This document shows positions 63,751 through 64,000 of a stretch of 64,000 nucleotides of DNA, in pieces. The stretch lies in assembly GCA_051294375.1 (NCBI GenBank), contig CM119264.1, forward strand, positions 14,286,682 to 14,350,681, in the 5' to 3' direction. Source of the stretch: Paraspadella gotoi. Its lineage: Eukaryota > Animalia > Chaetognatha. The first letter of the stretch is position 1. Each line of letters opens with the position of its first letter. Below the pieces are notes generated by a model, which was given only the letters and a program-made list of their open reading frames with translations, searched no databases and was not told the origin of the DNA. The translations under genes were made by a program, and so were the position numbers.

Positions 63751-64000
63751 GGAAAATTTCAAAGAAGAGTTTGTTGAAAAAATAAATTAATGACAGTATC
63801 GGGAAGGGGAAAAAAATTAAACATCAAGGGGAAAAATCGACGGCAAAAAACTTCACTCGTTGTCGTCGACGACGACGCCGACGATGACGACGACAAAAAC
63901 AACAACAACAACAACAACAACCTCGAGAGATTCCCCTGGTCCTCCCAGATTTCCGGCCTCGTCCTCCCTCATCTCCCCGGCCTCTCCCTCCGTCAGCCCC
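42210..64000 (-). CDS. CFAP251: Cilia- and flagella-associated protein 251 (WDR66): WD40 repeats plus EF-hand C-terminus; multi-exon gene, 5' end beyond the window
   Basis: About 34 exons assembled by hand with mostly consistent phases (one junction near 61.3 kb unresolved). Peptides [94 protein letters not shown] and LTAEQFVNSVLDF occur in the same order as recalled WDR66/CFAP251 motifs. Confidence 0.93.
42601..42765 (-). CDS. CFAP251: CFAP251 second EF-hand-like exon
   Basis: AEAKLDLAAILRVLESGGEKMDDDELAEAMVTLVGKTEIGGSSEEVDFDPSKTEE. Confidence 0.88.
42871..42994 (-). CDS. CFAP251: CFAP251 exon
   Basis: (R)PAFGLNLSHFTTAFRHIAAVHTPCLTCCGDPEAGGDGSSGD; continues YINYR|PAFG in phase 2. Confidence 0.85.
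46680..47260. repeat. Low-complexity (ACG/ACA/AAA) then A/G-rich tract
   Basis: Direct reading; source of the spurious V/S/F-rich ORFs. Confidence 0.85.
49272..49447 (-). CDS. CFAP251: CFAP251 EF-hand region exon ending at a GC donor
   Basis: [65 protein letters not shown]. Confidence 0.93.
50222..51220. repeat. Tandem duplication of about 0.47 kb
   Basis: 50222-50665 repeated at about 50692-51220 with insertions; 25-N gap nearby at 51467-51491. Confidence 0.85.
53781..54006 (-). CDS. CFAP251: CFAP251 exon with three apparent indels
   Basis: [48 protein letters not shown] / FDEFNN / FYYSALRTHGVNSLSMRK, read in three different frames. Confidence 0.88.
54090..54224 (-). CDS. CFAP251: CFAP251 WD40 exon
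   Basis: [51 protein letters not shown]. Confidence 0.92.
54301..54375 (-). CDS. CFAP251: CFAP251 exon (insertion)
   Basis: SSISSRRKHDTLMNNILQQTTVDGH; phase 2-2. Confidence 0.55.
54449..54481 (-). CDS. CFAP251: CFAP251 33-nt micro-exon
   Basis: TTTTAG|RKAGNDAPRRT|GTCAGT; phase 2-2. Confidence 0.5.
54557..54619 (-). CDS. CFAP251: CFAP251 exon
   Basis: RYIKVLPKGLADPLALNTNYN; phase 2-2. Confidence 0.8.
54692..54818 (-). CDS. CFAP251: CFAP251 exon
   Basis: EKLPSAEPVLMMVNSDYKYRLVNANTFVTRRKILGPTYESPA. Confidence 0.9.
54890..55002 (-). CDS. CFAP251: CFAP251 exon
   Basis: (W)YPAELFNTMEPRPNRDSLRYMEDEKPKEKKDKKDKQK. Confidence 0.8.
55177..55394 (-). CDS. CFAP251: CFAP251 WD40 exon
   Basis: ...FPRLFSLSEDRYLVEYNLDEMVEDDLAILRRERIEQSSVPMAMVW|GTAAGA. 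Confidence 0.9.
55489..55643 (-). CDS. CFAP251: CFAP251 WD40 exon
   Basis: ELDRVLPKYQYVACHRAHYKPITSLVFGAKPLL...DDRK. Confidence 0.88.
55682..55855. repeat. 8-bp tandem repeat (AAATTAAC/AAATTAAA) in a CFAP251 intron
   Basis: Direct reading; C-type units flank A-type units. Confidence 0.9.
55997..56167 (-). CDS. CFAP251: CFAP251 WD40 exon
   Basis: DVRPPISFKTDAVTNLAFSHDDVFIAAADASFCVSIYRR...DWTLT. Confidence 0.88.
56407..56487 (-). CDS. CFAP251: CFAP251 WD40 exon
   Basis: GLFVALGDAFGRIYVVDTVSLGGLGPD. Confidence 0.88.
56556..56653 (-). CDS. CFAP251: CFAP251 exon
   Basis: GGGSIPKRSQSTASTTAAHHKCLKWECCVFSPQ. Confidence 0.7.
56969..57037 (-). CDS. CFAP251: CFAP251 exon (insertion)
   Basis: RSEEKARWPLGSKPSCQCPASAK|GTGAGT; phase 2-2. 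Confidence 0.65.
57162..57279 (-). CDS. CFAP251: CFAP251 WD40 exon
   Basis: GVNVLNENFGEIHAIATHPKKPLLCFAGHSGLVKLWDYE. Confidence 0.9.
57866..57911. repeat. 11-bp tandem repeat CCACGGAACGA, about 4 copies
   Basis: Direct reading. Confidence 0.85.
57940..58027 (-). CDS. CFAP251: CFAP251 exon
   Basis: MASPPFFCPDFVIATSDAGVCHIGDYATK. Confidence 0.85.
58136..58223 (-). CDS. CFAP251: CFAP251 exon
   Basis: RQGALTSISFDRHSPPLPHDVGVGDSPKVQ. Confidence 0.8.
58412..58572 (-). CDS. CFAP251: CFAP251 WD40 exon
   Basis: YHPPPRPLPGEENPNNDAMERIIVVGDNKGQIHFFDKHLKLVQFPHKKLHVLP. Confidence 0.85.
58756..58860 (-). CDS. CFAP251: CFAP251 exon
   Basis: VMPNDKKPHKLFTLLESSPLRSFTVLTAVPAASAV|GTGAGT. Confidence 0.8.
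59071..59209 (-). CDS. CFAP251: CFAP251 exon
   Basis: SQTIYHTDEPHQALTATSAGKIVSWVLTDRPKKAARWWTQIDPHHSK. Confidence 0.85.
59422..59513 (-). CDS. CFAP251: CFAP251 exon
   Basis: VFFFAYGDREIDIKAPILNDETFNEVVGRY. Confidence 0.85.
59618..59691 (-). CDS. CFAP251: CFAP251 exon
   Basis: AYGLHEHLIFNEVNPFEFATTSESQ. Confidence 0.85.
59883..59949 (-). CDS. CFAP251: CFAP251 WD40 exon
   Basis: EACVWDWSQETSVPMAAIQLDP|GTAAAG. Confidence 0.85.
60254..60335 (-). CDS. CFAP251: CFAP251 WD40 exon ending at a GC donor
   Basis: GGITAMNFSFGPGAYLGAISAFVPQ|GCGCGT; acceptor at 60335 or 60327. Confidence 0.75.
61270..61328 (-). CDS. CFAP251: Probable CFAP251 insertion exon (donor uncertain)
   Basis: TTCCAG|(I)VNWPDDPKITHDDDQY..., in phase with the preceding exon; several possible GT donors. 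Confidence 0.4.
61494..61592 (-). CDS. CFAP251: CFAP251 WD40 exon
   Basis: GSSNSIIVWETNEYFPVKTIFMDELEREDVQSP; phase 1-1. Confidence 0.85.
61695..61886. repeat. Degenerate telomere-like (CCCTAA)n tract in a CFAP251 intron
   Basis: Multiple CCCTAA/TAACCC/TAATCC hexamer variants. Confidence 0.6.
61886..62003 (-). CDS. CFAP251: CFAP251 WD40 exon
   Basis: [41 protein letters not shown]/GT boundaries. Confidence 0.92.
62337..62584 (-). CDS. CFAP251: CFAP251 exon with acidic insertion
   Basis: TTTCAG|GINKNVAPVNLTVYE...(D/E-rich)...RQEIGYACAQ|GT. Confidence 0.8.
62953..63334 (-). CDS. CFAP251: CFAP251 exon (Pro-rich/basic N-terminal region to the start of the WD domain)
   Basis: AAILEGSFEV...AAALDIFWT; joins the next exon as WTGGINKN; acceptor could alternatively be at 63360. 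Confidence 0.75.
63560..63664 (-). CDS. CFAP251: CFAP251 N-terminal exon
   Basis: AG|EQETSHDVSVFDSEVPSKTVLPGPAPVNTLSVGRE|GTGCGT; 105 nt, phase 0-0. Confidence 0.5.
63922..64000 (-). CDS. CFAP251: CFAP251 acidic N-terminal exon (partial)
   Basis: GLTEGEAGEMREDEAGNLGGPGESLE, then GAG|GTTGTT, phase 0. Confidence 0.5.

Overview
Eukaryotic (probably invertebrate metazoan) draft-assembly sequence, rich in (CT/GA)n and (GAC)n microsatellites, with many N gaps. Two spliced genes were reconstructed by hand. (1) A minus-strand CFAP251/WDR66 orthologue (WD40 repeats plus C-terminal EF-hands) has about 34 exons from beyond 64000 to a stop at 42210. It has two apparent GC-AG introns, very degenerate donor sites and one exon with three small indels. 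(2) A convergent plus-strand immunoglobulin-superfamily gene (nephrin/Kirre/sidestep-like C2-set domains) has exons between about 3.1 and 39.1 kb. The window also holds Tc1/mariner remnants, MITEs, a degenerate Gypsy pol fragment and minisatellites. Four direct or inverted duplications each sit beside an exactly 25-N gap and have at least one indel-rich copy, so they most likely come from long-read gap filling. No prokaryotic, CRISPR or RNA-gene features were seen. I found no firmly supported novel system. The best leads concern splicing (GC donors, weak 5' splice sites, possible GA/CT bridging of introns), possible nested antisense exons, and whether the exon-containing duplications are real. 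Homology calls rest on recalled motifs, not on database searches.
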